From positions 1-32,324 of the forward strand of contig CALWAM010000002.1 of NCBI GenBank assembly GCA_944373135.1: a stretch of DNA of 32,324 nt, in the 5' to 3' direction. Of this stretch, positions 8,736 to 17,654 are shown piece by piece. The stretch is from an uncultured Bacilli bacterium. Lineage in GTDB: Bacteria > Bacillota_I > Bacilli_A > RF39 > UBA660. The position numbers were made by a program, and so were the translations under genes. Positions within the stretch are counted from its first letter, which is position 1. Each line of letters starts with the position of its first letter. A model generated the notes under the pieces. The model had not been told where the DNA came from. It made no database searches and saw nothing but the letters and a program-made list of their open reading frames with translations.

Positions 8736-11700
8736 ATGATAGAAGAGGAAAATGATAATATGAATATAAGTGAAATAATGAGTACTTTAAATAACATTTC
8801 TAATCATAAATTAAGAAGTAATGAAGATTTACCCCAAGAATTGGTAGACAAGCTAAATAAGGGAGCTTTATCATTACAAGATGAGAAAGAAAAATATTTG
8901 TTTTTAAAAAAAATATATGCCGGTAAAAATCGGGAGAATCTAGGAGCATATGATTACTACTATATTATATTATTAAAAAAACTTTTGTTAGATAAAGATA
9001 CTATTTTCTTATTTTTAGAAGATAGAAATATTTATAGCATTGATATTCTTAGATATTTATGGGATCTTTTATCAGTAGAAGAAAAAAAAGAATATTACAA
9101 TAAAATTACTAAATTTGATTATATTTTAACTGACTTGTTTAATGAAGATATAAAAGATAATTTTGAATTTGTTAATTTATTAAAGGATGATAATTTCGTT
9201 AATAAATTAAAAGATAATTGTATATTAATACCTAGTAAATTATATAATACTAAGTACTTAAATTTAAGTGAAGTAAAATCATCACTTTTAAAAAAGATAA
9301 ATAGTGATAGTCTAACTAGTCTAATTAATTTTAGATATAAATCACCTAAAAGATTAAGTAATTTACTAAATAAAAATATTAATCTAGTTAAATTTATTAA
9401 TAATCAAGGATTAGAATTTAGAATTGGAAAAGAAGATTTACTAAAACTGTTATTACAATTTCCCTATTTAATAACTAAATTAGATAGTATTCATATCATT
9501 CGAGATTTAAGTATGGAAGATATTCAAACTATTGAAAGCAAATTAAAAATATTAGAAAAAAGTAAATTAGTTGAAAATGCTTTATTGTATATTAAACAAT
9601 TATATATAATATTAAAAAATGAAAATAATAGGGATTTAAATTATTATATTACAAAAAGTGCTGATTATAGCATTATCTTCTACCCTTTTAAAAAAATAGA
9701 TTTTGAAGACTATCGTAATTTATTGGTTAAATATGTTAATTTAAAAAAATTCGCACCAAGTGTCATGGAACAAATAGTAGTTGAATATTTTAATGAAGAT
9801 GAAAAATTATCATTATTTAGAGATAGTCAATTCATTGCCGATATGAGTGGCGAAGTATTAACGTCTATACTAGACACAATGAATTTTAGAACAGTTTTTA
9901 ATTTATTACAAAATAAAGAATTATTTTTAAAGATTAAAAATTTAAATTGTAATATTGAGGAATTTGAGTTCTCATTAATGACTGGATATTTAGATGATCC
10001 ATTATTCGTTGAAGTATCAAGTAGTGATTTGGTTTTTAATGCTATTAATTCTTTAAAGACTAATAGTATTCGAAAATATTTAAGATATCCATATATTAAA
10101 AACAAACTAACTTTTAACCAATTTTTAACTCTTGCTAGTAAAGCAAATGTTAAAATACTTGATTTATTTAATGTCTTTAACATAAATGATTTTAATTGGA
10201 GCAGCGAATATAAAACAGTTAATGAATGGTTAAAAATCTATGTCGATAAATGTTTACAAAAAGAAGCATCTTTTAAAATTTTTGGTGATAAAGAAACTTT
10301 GATGCTTTTATACGATTTACCATCTAATGTTATATCGCAAATCAACATGAGTGAAATCGAATATTTACTTGAAACAATTTTAATGAAAAACAAATTAAAA
10401 AATACTCATGATAATATTACTTATGAAGGTGTAAGATCATTGCTAGCCAGCTATATTGCCTTAGGTTTTGATAAAACAGTAAAGTTGATTAACGACGGAA
10501 CTAATAATTTAGAATTAGAAGATATAATTGATTTTAAAACCAAGTTAAAGAAAAGTAAGTTAACTATATTTAAAGTCAATAATCAAAATATCTTTGAACA
10601 ATTGAATGTAAAATTAAAGAACAATTTACTACCTATTGCTTTAATGTATAAAAATGGAATTAGTAATTTTTCTTTAAGCGAATTAATATATGACTTCCCA
10701 TTTTTAAAGAATATAATAAGAATGATGAATGAATCTGGCTATTCTAATTATCAAGAATCTCTTGAGACTATTGAAAGATATATTAATTATTATTTTAATA
10801 ATAGTAAACAAGCCGATATTATTCTTTATAATTTTACGAATGGATTTATCGAATATTTGTTAACAAAAAAAAGTGAAGAACTTGATCAAGGATTGCAAAA
10901 AAATATTATAAATATTCTGTCATTAACAAGCGAAGCACTACATAGACAATTGCAGGGAACAAAAGATAAATTTTTACAAAGAAAGCATTTTATGATTCTT
11001 ACTAATATACTAGACGGAATTGACGATAAAAAAATATCTAGTTTAATAAAAAATAATAATGATTTTATTACAAAGCTTAATAAGGAATTAGCAGAAGAAT
11101 TGACCTCCTTAGGTGTCATTGATAATAGCATTATAAATGGATTAGAAAAAAATTTATTCTATAAGTTTTATAAAAATAAACTAAATATTTTTGATTTTTT
11201 ACTTAATTATTTTAATATTGCTAAACCGATTGGTTATGATGAATACCAAAAGTCCAATAATGAAGAATTGGTTATAAAAAAATTAAATCATTATATTATA
11301 CAAAATACTGATAATATCGAAGACAGAATTAATTGTTTTCAATATGTATTGTATGATATTCCTTTAAATAAGAAATATAAATCTTCAATTATAAATAAAT
11401 TAAATGATTATCGGAGAATTGTCAAAAAATTCATGGGAGAAATATTTATTAACAAAGTTGATATGTTACTTGAATATAAGCGTAAAGATATTTTAGGTGA
11501 TAAAGAAGAAATAACTTCATATGATGAAAAAATAAATGTTATTAAAAAGATTATCAAAAAAACAATTATCTTCTTAAATGAGAATATTAATGATAATAAG
11601 TTGTTAAAAGCTTATCGCAAAGAATATGAATCACAAAAAAAAGAAGATAAATTAGGAATCGCATTAAATAAGAAAAACTTTATAGTAAATCGGATGAGCT

Positions 11701-12833
11701 TTGGTATTCAAAATTTAATTAATATATTTAAAGGATACGATTTTAGAAATGAACAAAAGTTAACTGATGACGATTTTCAATTTCTTTTTGAAAGAAAAAA
11801 TATTTACTTTGCTGGAGTTGGTCTATGCGATTTTTATAATATTCCTTTCGGTCAAATATTAAACAATTTAAATAGTATTAAAAGTATGTACATGGAAGCG
11901 GGAATAAATATACAATCTCTAGATTTAGATAACGCAGCAAAATTAGCTCGATATTTGTTAATAGATGAGAATATTAATCGAAATATACTTATAAACAACG
12001 AAGAAGCTTATGCATACCAAAGAAGTAATATTTACACTAATATTCCTCCGGTGGCTGGTTTTTACAATTCAATATACTACGAAATAACTGATAAAATGAC
12101 GGCTAATATCGATGAGGATAATGTTAGTTGGATTATGGATGATAATAAATGTTTAGTAAAATTAATAGATCCCGTTACCAATGAGGTCTTAGCTCAAGTT
12201 TATGGAGAAAGAATTGGTAACTCACTAGTATTTAATGCTATAGGAATCGATGAAGATTTACTTGAATGTTTGGATAAAGTTGGTGAAAAAATTATTAAAA
12301 AAACACAGCTAGAAAACGAATCAATAGATTTTGTCATTATTCGAACCGATGGCAAAATAAACGGTGTTAGTCTAGATAGTAAAAACTGCAGTTGCTATCA
12401 AGAAATAATCAGTTTATTTAATAAAAACGATTTAGATAATTATAATTATTATATAACCGCCGCAGTTAAAGAAGTAAAAGCTGAAAACTTTATTAATTAC
12501 GAAGTTACTAATAAGTATTTAAGAAAGCGAAATAAAAATGTTTATGTTAGCAATATTGCTGAAATGAAATTAGTTGATAAAGCTAGAAGTATTTTATATA
12601 AATATGCCGAAGAAAATGATAAAAATGTAAGCAGTATAGATGATCTTTTAGCGAATTATAAAGAAATGTATTTAGGCGATGATTGGGTATTAATTATTGA
12701 TAAAAACAACGTGGTTAATTATTACATTACTGGTATTGATGATAGAGCACAAGAAGAAGTTAATGACTTATTAAAAAAAATTGAAAAGGAAATGGTTATA
12801 GATGCTAGGAGTAATTATAGATTACATATCTGA
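8736..12833 (+). CDS. giant hypothetical protein (1365 aa), predicted cytoplasmic, no recognisable catalytic motif
   Basis: This uninterrupted 4.1-kb ORF is in a ~25% GC background where random ORFs are short. It has no TM segment, signal peptide, Walker A, HExxH or DEAD motif. An alternative start is the ATG at 8760 (MNISEIM...), with GAGGA 10 nt upstream. It ends in TGA. Confidence 0.8.
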   Translation: MIEEENDNMNISEIMSTLNNISNHKLRSNEDLPQELVDKLNKGALSLQDEKEKYLFLKKIYAGKNRENLGAYDYYYIILLKKLLLDKDTIFLFLEDRNIYSIDILRYLWDLLSVEEKKEYYNKITKFDYILTDLFNEDIKDNFEFVNLLKDDNFVNKLKDNCILIPSKLYNTKYLNLSEVKSSLLKKINSDSLTSLINFRYKSPKRLSNLLNKNINLVKFINNQGLEFRIGKEDLLKLLLQFPYLITKLDSIHIIRDLSMEDIQTIESKLKILEKSKLVENALLYIKQLYIILKNENNRDLNYYITKSADYSIIFYPFKKIDFEDYRNLLVKYVNLKKFAPSVMEQIVVEYFNEDEKLSLFRDSQFIADMSGEVLTSILDTMNFRTVFNLLQNKELFLKIKNLNCNIEEFEFSLMTGYLDDPLFVEVSSSDLVFNAINSLKTNSIRKYLRYPYIKNKLTFNQFLTLASKANVKILDLFNVFNINDFNWSSEYKTVNEWLKIYVDKCLQKEASFKIFGDKETLMLLYDLPSNVISQINMSEIEYLLETILMKNKLKNTHDNITYEGVRSLLASYIALGFDKTVKLINDGTNNLELEDIIDFKTKLKKSKLTIFKVNNQNIFEQLNVKLKNNLLPIALMYKNGISNFSLSELIYDFPFLKNIIRMMNESGYSNYQESLETIERYINYYFNNSKQADIILYNFTNGFIEYLLTKKSEELDQGLQKNIINILSLTSEALHRQLQGTKDKFLQRKHFMILTNILDGIDDKKISSLIKNNNDFITKLNKELAEELTSLGVIDNSIINGLEKNLFYKFYKNKLNIFDFLLNYFNIAKPIGYDEYQKSNNEELVIKKLNHYIIQNTDNIEDRINCFQYVLYDIPLNKKYKSSIINKLNDYRRIVKKFMGEIFINKVDMLLEYKRKDILGDKEEITSYDEKINVIKKIIKKTIIFLNENINDNKLLKAYRKEYESQKKEDKLGIALNKKNFIVNRMSFGIQNLINIFKGYDFRNEQKLTDDDFQFLFERKNIYFAGVGLCDFYNIPFGQILNNLNSIKSMYMEAGINIQSLDLDNAAKLARYLLIDENINRNILINNEEAYAYQRSNIYTNIPPVAGFYNSIYYEITDKMTANIDEDNVSWIMDDNKCLVKLIDPVTNEVLAQVYGERIGNSLVFNAIGIDEDLLECLDKVGEKIIKKTQLENESIDFVIIRTDGKINGVSLDSKNCSCYQEIISLFNKNDLDNYNYYITAAVKEVKAENFINYEVTNKYLRKRNKNVYVSNIAEMKLVDKARSILYKYAEENDKNVSSIDDLLANYKEMYLGDDWVLIIDKNNVVNYYITGIDDRAQEEVNDLLKKIEKEMVIDARSNYRLHI

Positions 12834-12996
12834 TGGTGATTATTACAAAATTAAAACTGAAGATGGTATATATTTAGCTTATCAAAAGAAAAGTAAAGAT
12901 ATATTCTGTTTAGGTGATACCGTATATTTTAATAAAAAATTTATATTTATAGATAATAAGATTATTAAAACAGCGGTAAATGTTGAAAAATATTAA
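12802..12996 (+). CDS. small hypothetical protein (64 aa) overlapping the 3' end of the giant ORF
   Basis: The ATG comes directly after an in-frame TAG and the ORF overlaps the giant ORF by 32 nt. It has a weak AAGGAAA element 11 nt upstream and is followed directly by the locus terminator. No family is recognised. Confidence 0.35.
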   Translation: MLGVIIDYISDGDYYKIKTEDGIYLAYQKKSKDIFCLGDTVYFNKKFIFIDNKIIKTAVNVEKY

Positions 12997-13029
12997 AAAG
13001 GAATCCAAGTCAAGGCTTAGATTCCTTTT
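12996..13029. terminator. bidirectional terminator closing the sortase/giant-ORF cluster
   Basis: AAAAGGAATC ... GATTCCTTTT stem (12996-13005 / 13020-13029) with an internal AAG/CTT extension. A-run and T-run flanks allow it to act in both directions. Confidence 0.55.
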
Positions 13030-13542
13030 ATTTTACATGTTTAATTATTCTATATACCATTCCCAAAATTATCATTAATAAAATCTCTATAACAATTACT
13101 TGCCACTCATTAACATCAAAAATACTAGCAATTTTAGAAGAATAAGTTGTCATACCTATTGATACAGATTTAGCTATAATAGCTATTGGGGACAATTATT
13201 TTTAAGGGAATAGCTCCTAATGCTGAACCTACACACACAATTTCATCCGGTAAAATAGGAATGGCAAATAAAATACCAGTAGTTAAAAAGGGATTAGTTG
13301 ATACTAATTTTTTATATAATAAAAATTTGTTATTATTTTGATACTTTTTTAAGAATTTAGAACTAAAATAATGGGATATTTTATACATTATAATTATACC
13401 TGTTAAGATACCGATTTGGCCGATGAAAAAAAGTACAATTTGGTCCTATACTAAGTGTCCCAGATAAAATGGTTTTAGCTTCTGGAAATGGTAAACATAT
13501 AGGTTGTAATATACATAATATTAAAAAAACTAAATATTTCAA
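13028..13542 (-). pseudogene. TVP38/TMEM64 (DedA-superfamily) membrane protein gene disrupted by two +1 frameshifts
   Basis: Three consecutive minus-strand frames read as one multi-pass membrane protein. The pieces are LKYLVFLILCILQPICLPFPEAKTILSGTLSIG, then IVLFFIGQIGILTGIIIMYKISHYFSSKFLKK...ILPDEIVCVGSALGAIPLKIIV, then PIAIIAKSVSIGMTTYSSKIASIF..VIVIEILLMIILGMVYRIIKHVK*. The shifts map near the A7/T7 run at 13424-13430 and the G4/C4 run at 13188-13191. The 72-aa ORF at 13170-13388 is its middle piece. Confidence 0.6.
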
Positions 13543-13588
13543 ATTATTCACCAAATGAATTATAACATTTCATTAAGTTTTTGTAAAA

Positions 13589-14620
13589 TTAATTACAAGT
13601 ATATCCACTAGTTGTATAATAGTTTATTAATTCTTCTTTATAATTAAATGATGTTGGATTAGATATTTCTTCTTCACTTGTATATGAAAAATTATAATCA
13701 TTAAATGTAAAGTTATCATTTTGATGAGCATTTTTAAATTCTTCATATTTATCGTTACTAAAGAAAATATTATTACTGGATTTAATTATTTTTACTAATT
13801 CGTTATTATTATTAAAATATAATTTTTCAGTGATTGATACTCTAGTATTATTTATAGTATCAGAGTATGATGGTAAAGTACATAATATAGCAATATTATC
13901 ATCAACTTTATAATTTACTTCAATAGTTGTTTCATTACCTAATTCGTCTTTGGCAATAATTTTAATAGTGTAACCTCCAGCAATAGTTGTATCAGGGGTG
14001 ATTAAAAAGTCGTAAGAGCATCCAGACGGGTCACTACATGAAGCAACAAAATCATCTATGTTATAATTACTATTTAAGGATAAAATAATATTTTCTTTAC
14101 TTGATATAGTAGGTCCTTTAGTATCAACAATATTAATTATACCTTTTTTTGTTTCGCCTTTATAGGTTATTGTATAATTATAGGTTCCTATTTCATCTTC
14201 TTTTACACTATCAAGATTTAATGTATATTGTAGTTCATCAATATTTTCTCTGTTAACATAATCTCGAGGATTATTAGACACTTTATCACCAAGTTCATAT
14301 GTAACATTTTTTATTGTATAATTTTGGGGATTTTTAATAATTCCAAAGTAATAATAACAGCCGCCACAAAGAGCCAAAAGTAAAATCATAGTTATTGATA
14401 TGATAGTCATATGACGTTTTTCTCTTGGTGTTACAATCTTTTTTCTATTTTTATTAACATTATTGACTTTTTTCTCTACTTTTTGATAGGGATTGATTTT
14501 AGAAGGAAGAACTTCATTAACGATTTCTACTCCACCCTCGTTATTTATTTTGGCTAAAACACTTGTCCCATTACTACTTTTTATATCTTCAGTTTTTTTT
14601 ATTTCAATGTTTTCTTCCAT
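13589..14620 (-). CDS. single-pass (N-in) membrane protein with extracellular Ig-like repeats
   Basis: The RBS is AAAGGGGA. An ~80-aa basic cytoplasmic N-tail is followed by the TM helix MTIISITMILLLALCGGCYYYFGII. The beta-rich ectodomain has Ig-like signatures (GTYNYTITYKGETKKGIINIVDTKGPTIS; GGYTIKIIAKDELGNETTIEVNYKV). Confidence 0.7.
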   Translation of the reverse strand: MEENIEIKKTEDIKSSNGTSVLAKINNEGGVEIVNEVLPSKINPYQKVEKKVNNVNKNRKKIVTPREKRHMTIISITMILLLALCGGCYYYFGIIKNPQNYTIKNVTYELGDKVSNNPRDYVNRENIDELQYTLNLDSVKEDEIGTYNYTITYKGETKKGIINIVDTKGPTISSKENIILSLNSNYNIDDFVASCSDPSGCSYDFLITPDTTIAGGYTIKIIAKDELGNETTIEVNYKVDDNIAILCTLPSYSDTINNTRVSITEKLYFNNNNELVKIIKSSNNIFFSNDKYEEFKNAHQNDNFTFNDYNFSYTSEEEISNPTSFNYKEELINYYTTSGYTCN

Positions 14621-14695
14621 TTCTAATTCCCCTTTCTATTATCTTTAATATACTATTAAAGAATGAAAATTGCAAGGCAAAAAAAGTAATGGACA

Positions 14696-15886
14696 TTATT
14701 CATTAATAAGTTCCATTACTAATTCATTATCATACGACACTATATAAATTATATAATTTTTATTGATTTTTTTAACTCGGTTTTTTATTAATCTATATTC
14801 GGGTTCATCGTCTTTTAATTCTTCTTCTTTATTAGAAAAATATTCATCCATTAATTTCTCAATTGATTTTAAATGTCTTTTGCTATTTGATTTAAAGATG
14901 TAATAGCCAGTATTTTGCGAAACTAACATGGCTTCTTTAACTAAGGCTTCATCATATAAATTAGCACTAATATTTAGAGTCTCTTCTATATCTGCTTTTT
15001 TTAATTCTTTTAAGGGATTAAATACTCTTATTTGACATTGTTTAATTTTACTTAAAACTAAAGTATTATTTTTACTGGCAATAAAAAATTGATATTCTTG
15101 ATAAGATAAATATTCGTAATTTTTAATATTATTAGATTTAAAAAAGTTATCAAAAGTTTTTTTAATGTCTTGATCATGTTCATCAGTTGGTTTTATGACT
15201 ATAAACGCTTCTTTGCTTTTAGAATTATATTTAATTATATATTCTTCTACATAATCGGCATTTAACTTGAATTCTTCTTCAAAATCATATGTATAATAAT
15301 CAGTTAAATTACCATATGCTTCTGATTCTTCTATTATATTCTCTGTATCATCGATATTATAAGATAAGGTTTTTAATTGATCTAATGACTCGGGAAGACT
15401 TTGCAAATCATATATGTTATTGTCTTTATTTATACTTAAAATTACCCCTATTCCTAATAAAATAATTAAAAACATAATAGTTAATGTTACTAATGATTTA
15501 ATCCCAATAACATTTAATAAACCATACATTCTTATTTTTCTTTCATACATTTTAATTTTTTTTATTAATTTACCTTTTTTATATTTATTTATTTTTTGGT
15601 AATTTGATTTTTTCTTAGGTTTAAGTTTTTCTTTAATTATCGTAATTATGGAAGTTTTATTAGTTTTATTTGTGGCTTTTACATCTTTTAAGTTAGAAAA
15701 ATTATTGCTCTTATTATTAATCTTATTGGTTGCAATAATCTTTTTAGATTGAGTTGATTTTGAAGTCTTTTTCTTGTTACTATTCTTCTTATTTTTATAT
15801 GATTTTTTGCTACTTTTAGAATTTACTTTATTCTTTTTATTAGGAGTTTTTTTATTGCTCTTTTTTTTTGCTTTTTTTTCAGCCAT
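14696..15886 (-). CDS. single-pass membrane protein with a ~120-aa polybasic (Lys/Asn/Ser) cytoplasmic tail
   Basis: The RBS is GAAAGGAAA. The N-terminus MAEKKAKKKSNKKTPNKKNKVNSKSSKKSYKNKKNSNKKKTSK... is followed by the TM helix LVTLTIMFLIILLGIGVILSI and a ~230-aa extracellular domain of unknown family. Confidence 0.7.
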   Translation of the reverse strand: MAEKKAKKKSNKKTPNKKNKVNSKSSKKSYKNKKNSNKKKTSKSTQSKKIIATNKINNKSNNFSNLKDVKATNKTNKTSIITIIKEKLKPKKKSNYQKINKYKKGKLIKKIKMYERKIRMYGLLNVIGIKSLVTLTIMFLIILLGIGVILSINKDNNIYDLQSLPESLDQLKTLSYNIDDTENIIEESEAYGNLTDYYTYDFEEEFKLNADYVEEYIIKYNSKSKEAFIVIKPTDEHDQDIKKTFDNFFKSNNIKNYEYLSYQEYQFFIASKNNTLVLSKIKQCQIRVFNPLKELKKADIEETLNISANLYDEALVKEAMLVSQNTGYYIFKSNSKRHLKSIEKLMDEYFSNKEEELKDDEPEYRLIKNRVKKINKNYIIYIVSYDNELVMELINE

Positions 15887-15952
15887 AAAGATTTTCCTTT
15901 CATATAAAGTATACTTATTTTAGTACATTATTATTTATTTGACAAGTTATTG

Positions 15953-16204
15953 TTATTTATTGGTAAATTGATAATAATATAATTCACTGATATTAATACT
16001 AGTTTGCTCTAATTCTTCAATTTCTTCATCTATCATTATTTCACTATTGACGAAATCATTAATTATGAATAGTAATTCTTCCATAGTTTGACAACTATGA
16101 TAAGGAATTTGATATTTTTCTAAAACACTTATATCTTTTTCATAAAGATAATAATTATTGACTTTTCTTAAAGTATTTTCACTAATTATTTTATCTAAAT
16201 TCAT
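15953..16204 (-). CDS. small acidic hypothetical protein (83 aa)
   Basis: The ATG overlaps the end of the upstream U32 ORF by 14 nt, with GGTGAGG 12 nt upstream. The ORF is on the same strand as its neighbours and fills the gap between them. No family is recognised. Confidence 0.5.
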   Translation of the reverse strand: MNLDKIISENTLRKVNNYYLYEKDISVLEKYQIPYHSCQTMEELLFIINDFVNSEIMIDEEIEELEQTSINISELYYYQFTNK

Positions 16205-17615
16205 TTTTAGTATACCTCACCTTGTTTTCGCGAATTGAATTTATGCCTAATTGATAATATGGATAGGAATTATTTTTTTGATAATTATAGATAGTCATTA
16301 GACCATTTTTAGTTTTAACTAAAAAATATTTATCTTTACGATCTTTTAAATATAAAATATCTTCATGATATTTATTATTTAAACTAAATTTCGATATCAT
16401 TAATTCTATATAAGAATTAATAATTATTTCAGTATTGGGATGCTTTTTAAAGTTTTTTTCATAAGTATTTAGTAAATTTTTTACTTGACCAGGAAGTAGT
16501 TCACATGAAAGTGTTACTTTATTGGCGCCTAAACTATGAAGAAGTGCTAAAGTGTAAGAATTAGTAACATTTAAAGAATAATCAGTATCAACATTTTTTA
16601 AGGTATTTAAAGCTCCAATTTCACCTACTAATAATGGTGAAGATAAGTTGTGATAATTATCAATTACTCTTGGTGTTTTATAAATGGTATATTTTATTCC
16701 TGGTTCTTCGCAATATATAATATCATATTTATCTTTGGTCTCTGTCAATAAACTTTTATCTTCAATTAAAACTGTTTTTAATTGTTGACATGGGAAATTT
16801 GGCACTTCACGTTTATATTTTCCGGTAATTACCTTAATTTTATACTGACGAAGTGATGATAACTGTTCTAGAGCTTGACGTCTTAATGATGTCAAATCGG
16901 TTATGGGAATAAATGTCAAATTATCAGTATCAATGTCGATATTTGTAAATTTATAAATGGTATTGTTAGTTTTATTTATTTTTTCTAAAATAGTATCTTT
17001 AGAGGTTGGATAGTTAATAGCTTTTTCTAAAATATTTCCTTTAAGTGTTATAGAATTATAATTATCGGAAATAATCATTGTTAGAGGTTGGTTTATTTTA
17101 GCAATAACTTTAACATTTAGAGAAATTTTGCGAGGATTTTGCTGAATATCACTGGCGATTGTTTTAGCTATATGATTAGGTAAAGTTAAATAAACAGGTG
17201 AATTTAACTTGATTTTACCTTTAGTTTTGATTTTTATGATATCGTTTTTCTTAGCTTTTTTTACTAGTTTATTATCAATATACATTTCATTAATTTTAAA
17301 ACCGATATCTGAATCGCCTTCTATTCTAATTCCATCGTCAAAATATAATTCGTCGTTTAATTTTATTTCTATATATTTACTTGATGAAGAAATTACTTTA
17401 CCTATTAAAATACCATTATGATTAGGACGAGCTTCATTAGTAAAATTATTATTATCTTCATGAAAGATAAAGCCTTTAGTAAACCCACGGTTAAATATTT
17501 TTTTTAGATTATCTATTAACATTGGATTAATAAATACTTCATGGTTTTTATAATAATAATCTATTGCTTGGCGATATAACTTAGTAACTGTATAAACGTA
17601 TTCTTTACTTTTCAT
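16191..17615 (-). CDS. U32-family protein, C-terminal portion (post-KIEGRM segment plus long C-terminal extension)
   Basis: It starts at the Met of the conserved U32 block SLKIEGRMKS.EYV and continues with EYVYTVTKLYRQAIDYY. It is in frame with the upstream fragment across a single TGA. Confidence 0.7.
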   Translation of the reverse strand: MKSKEYVYTVTKLYRQAIDYYYKNHEVFINPMLIDNLKKIFNRGFTKGFIFHEDNNNFTNEARPNHNGILIGKVISSSSKYIEIKLNDELYFDDGIRIEGDSDIGFKINEMYIDNKLVKKAKKNDIIKIKTKGKIKLNSPVYLTLPNHIAKTIASDIQQNPRKISLNVKVIAKINQPLTMIISDNYNSITLKGNILEKAINYPTSKDTILEKINKTNNTIYKFTNIDIDTDNLTFIPITDLTSLRRQALEQLSSLRQYKIKVITGKYKREVPNFPCQQLKTVLIEDKSLLTETKDKYDIIYCEEPGIKYTIYKTPRVIDNYHNLSSPLLVGEIGALNTLKNVDTDYSLNVTNSYTLALLHSLGANKVTLSCELLPGQVKNLLNTYEKNFKKHPNTEIIINSYIELMISKFSLNNKYHEDILYLKDRKDKYFLVKTKNGLMTIYNYQKNNSYPYYQLGINSIRENKVRYTKNEFR

Positions 17616-17654
17616 GCGTCCTTCTATTTTTAATGAAGTAATATTTAAATCTAG

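Noticed and set aside
12400-12470. Possible PD-(D/E)XK nuclease motif (SIDFVIIRTDGK) in the C-terminal part of the giant protein
   Set aside because: The D-to-DGK spacing is much shorter than in bona fide members. Compare AddA and AddB in this same window, with GIIDLL...VDYK. No supporting upstream acidic residue or helix could be identified by eye, so this is too weak to claim.
13170-13388. 72-aa ORF as an independent gene
   Set aside because: It is the middle frame of the frameshifted TVP38/DedA pseudogene. The flanking frames continue the same membrane protein.
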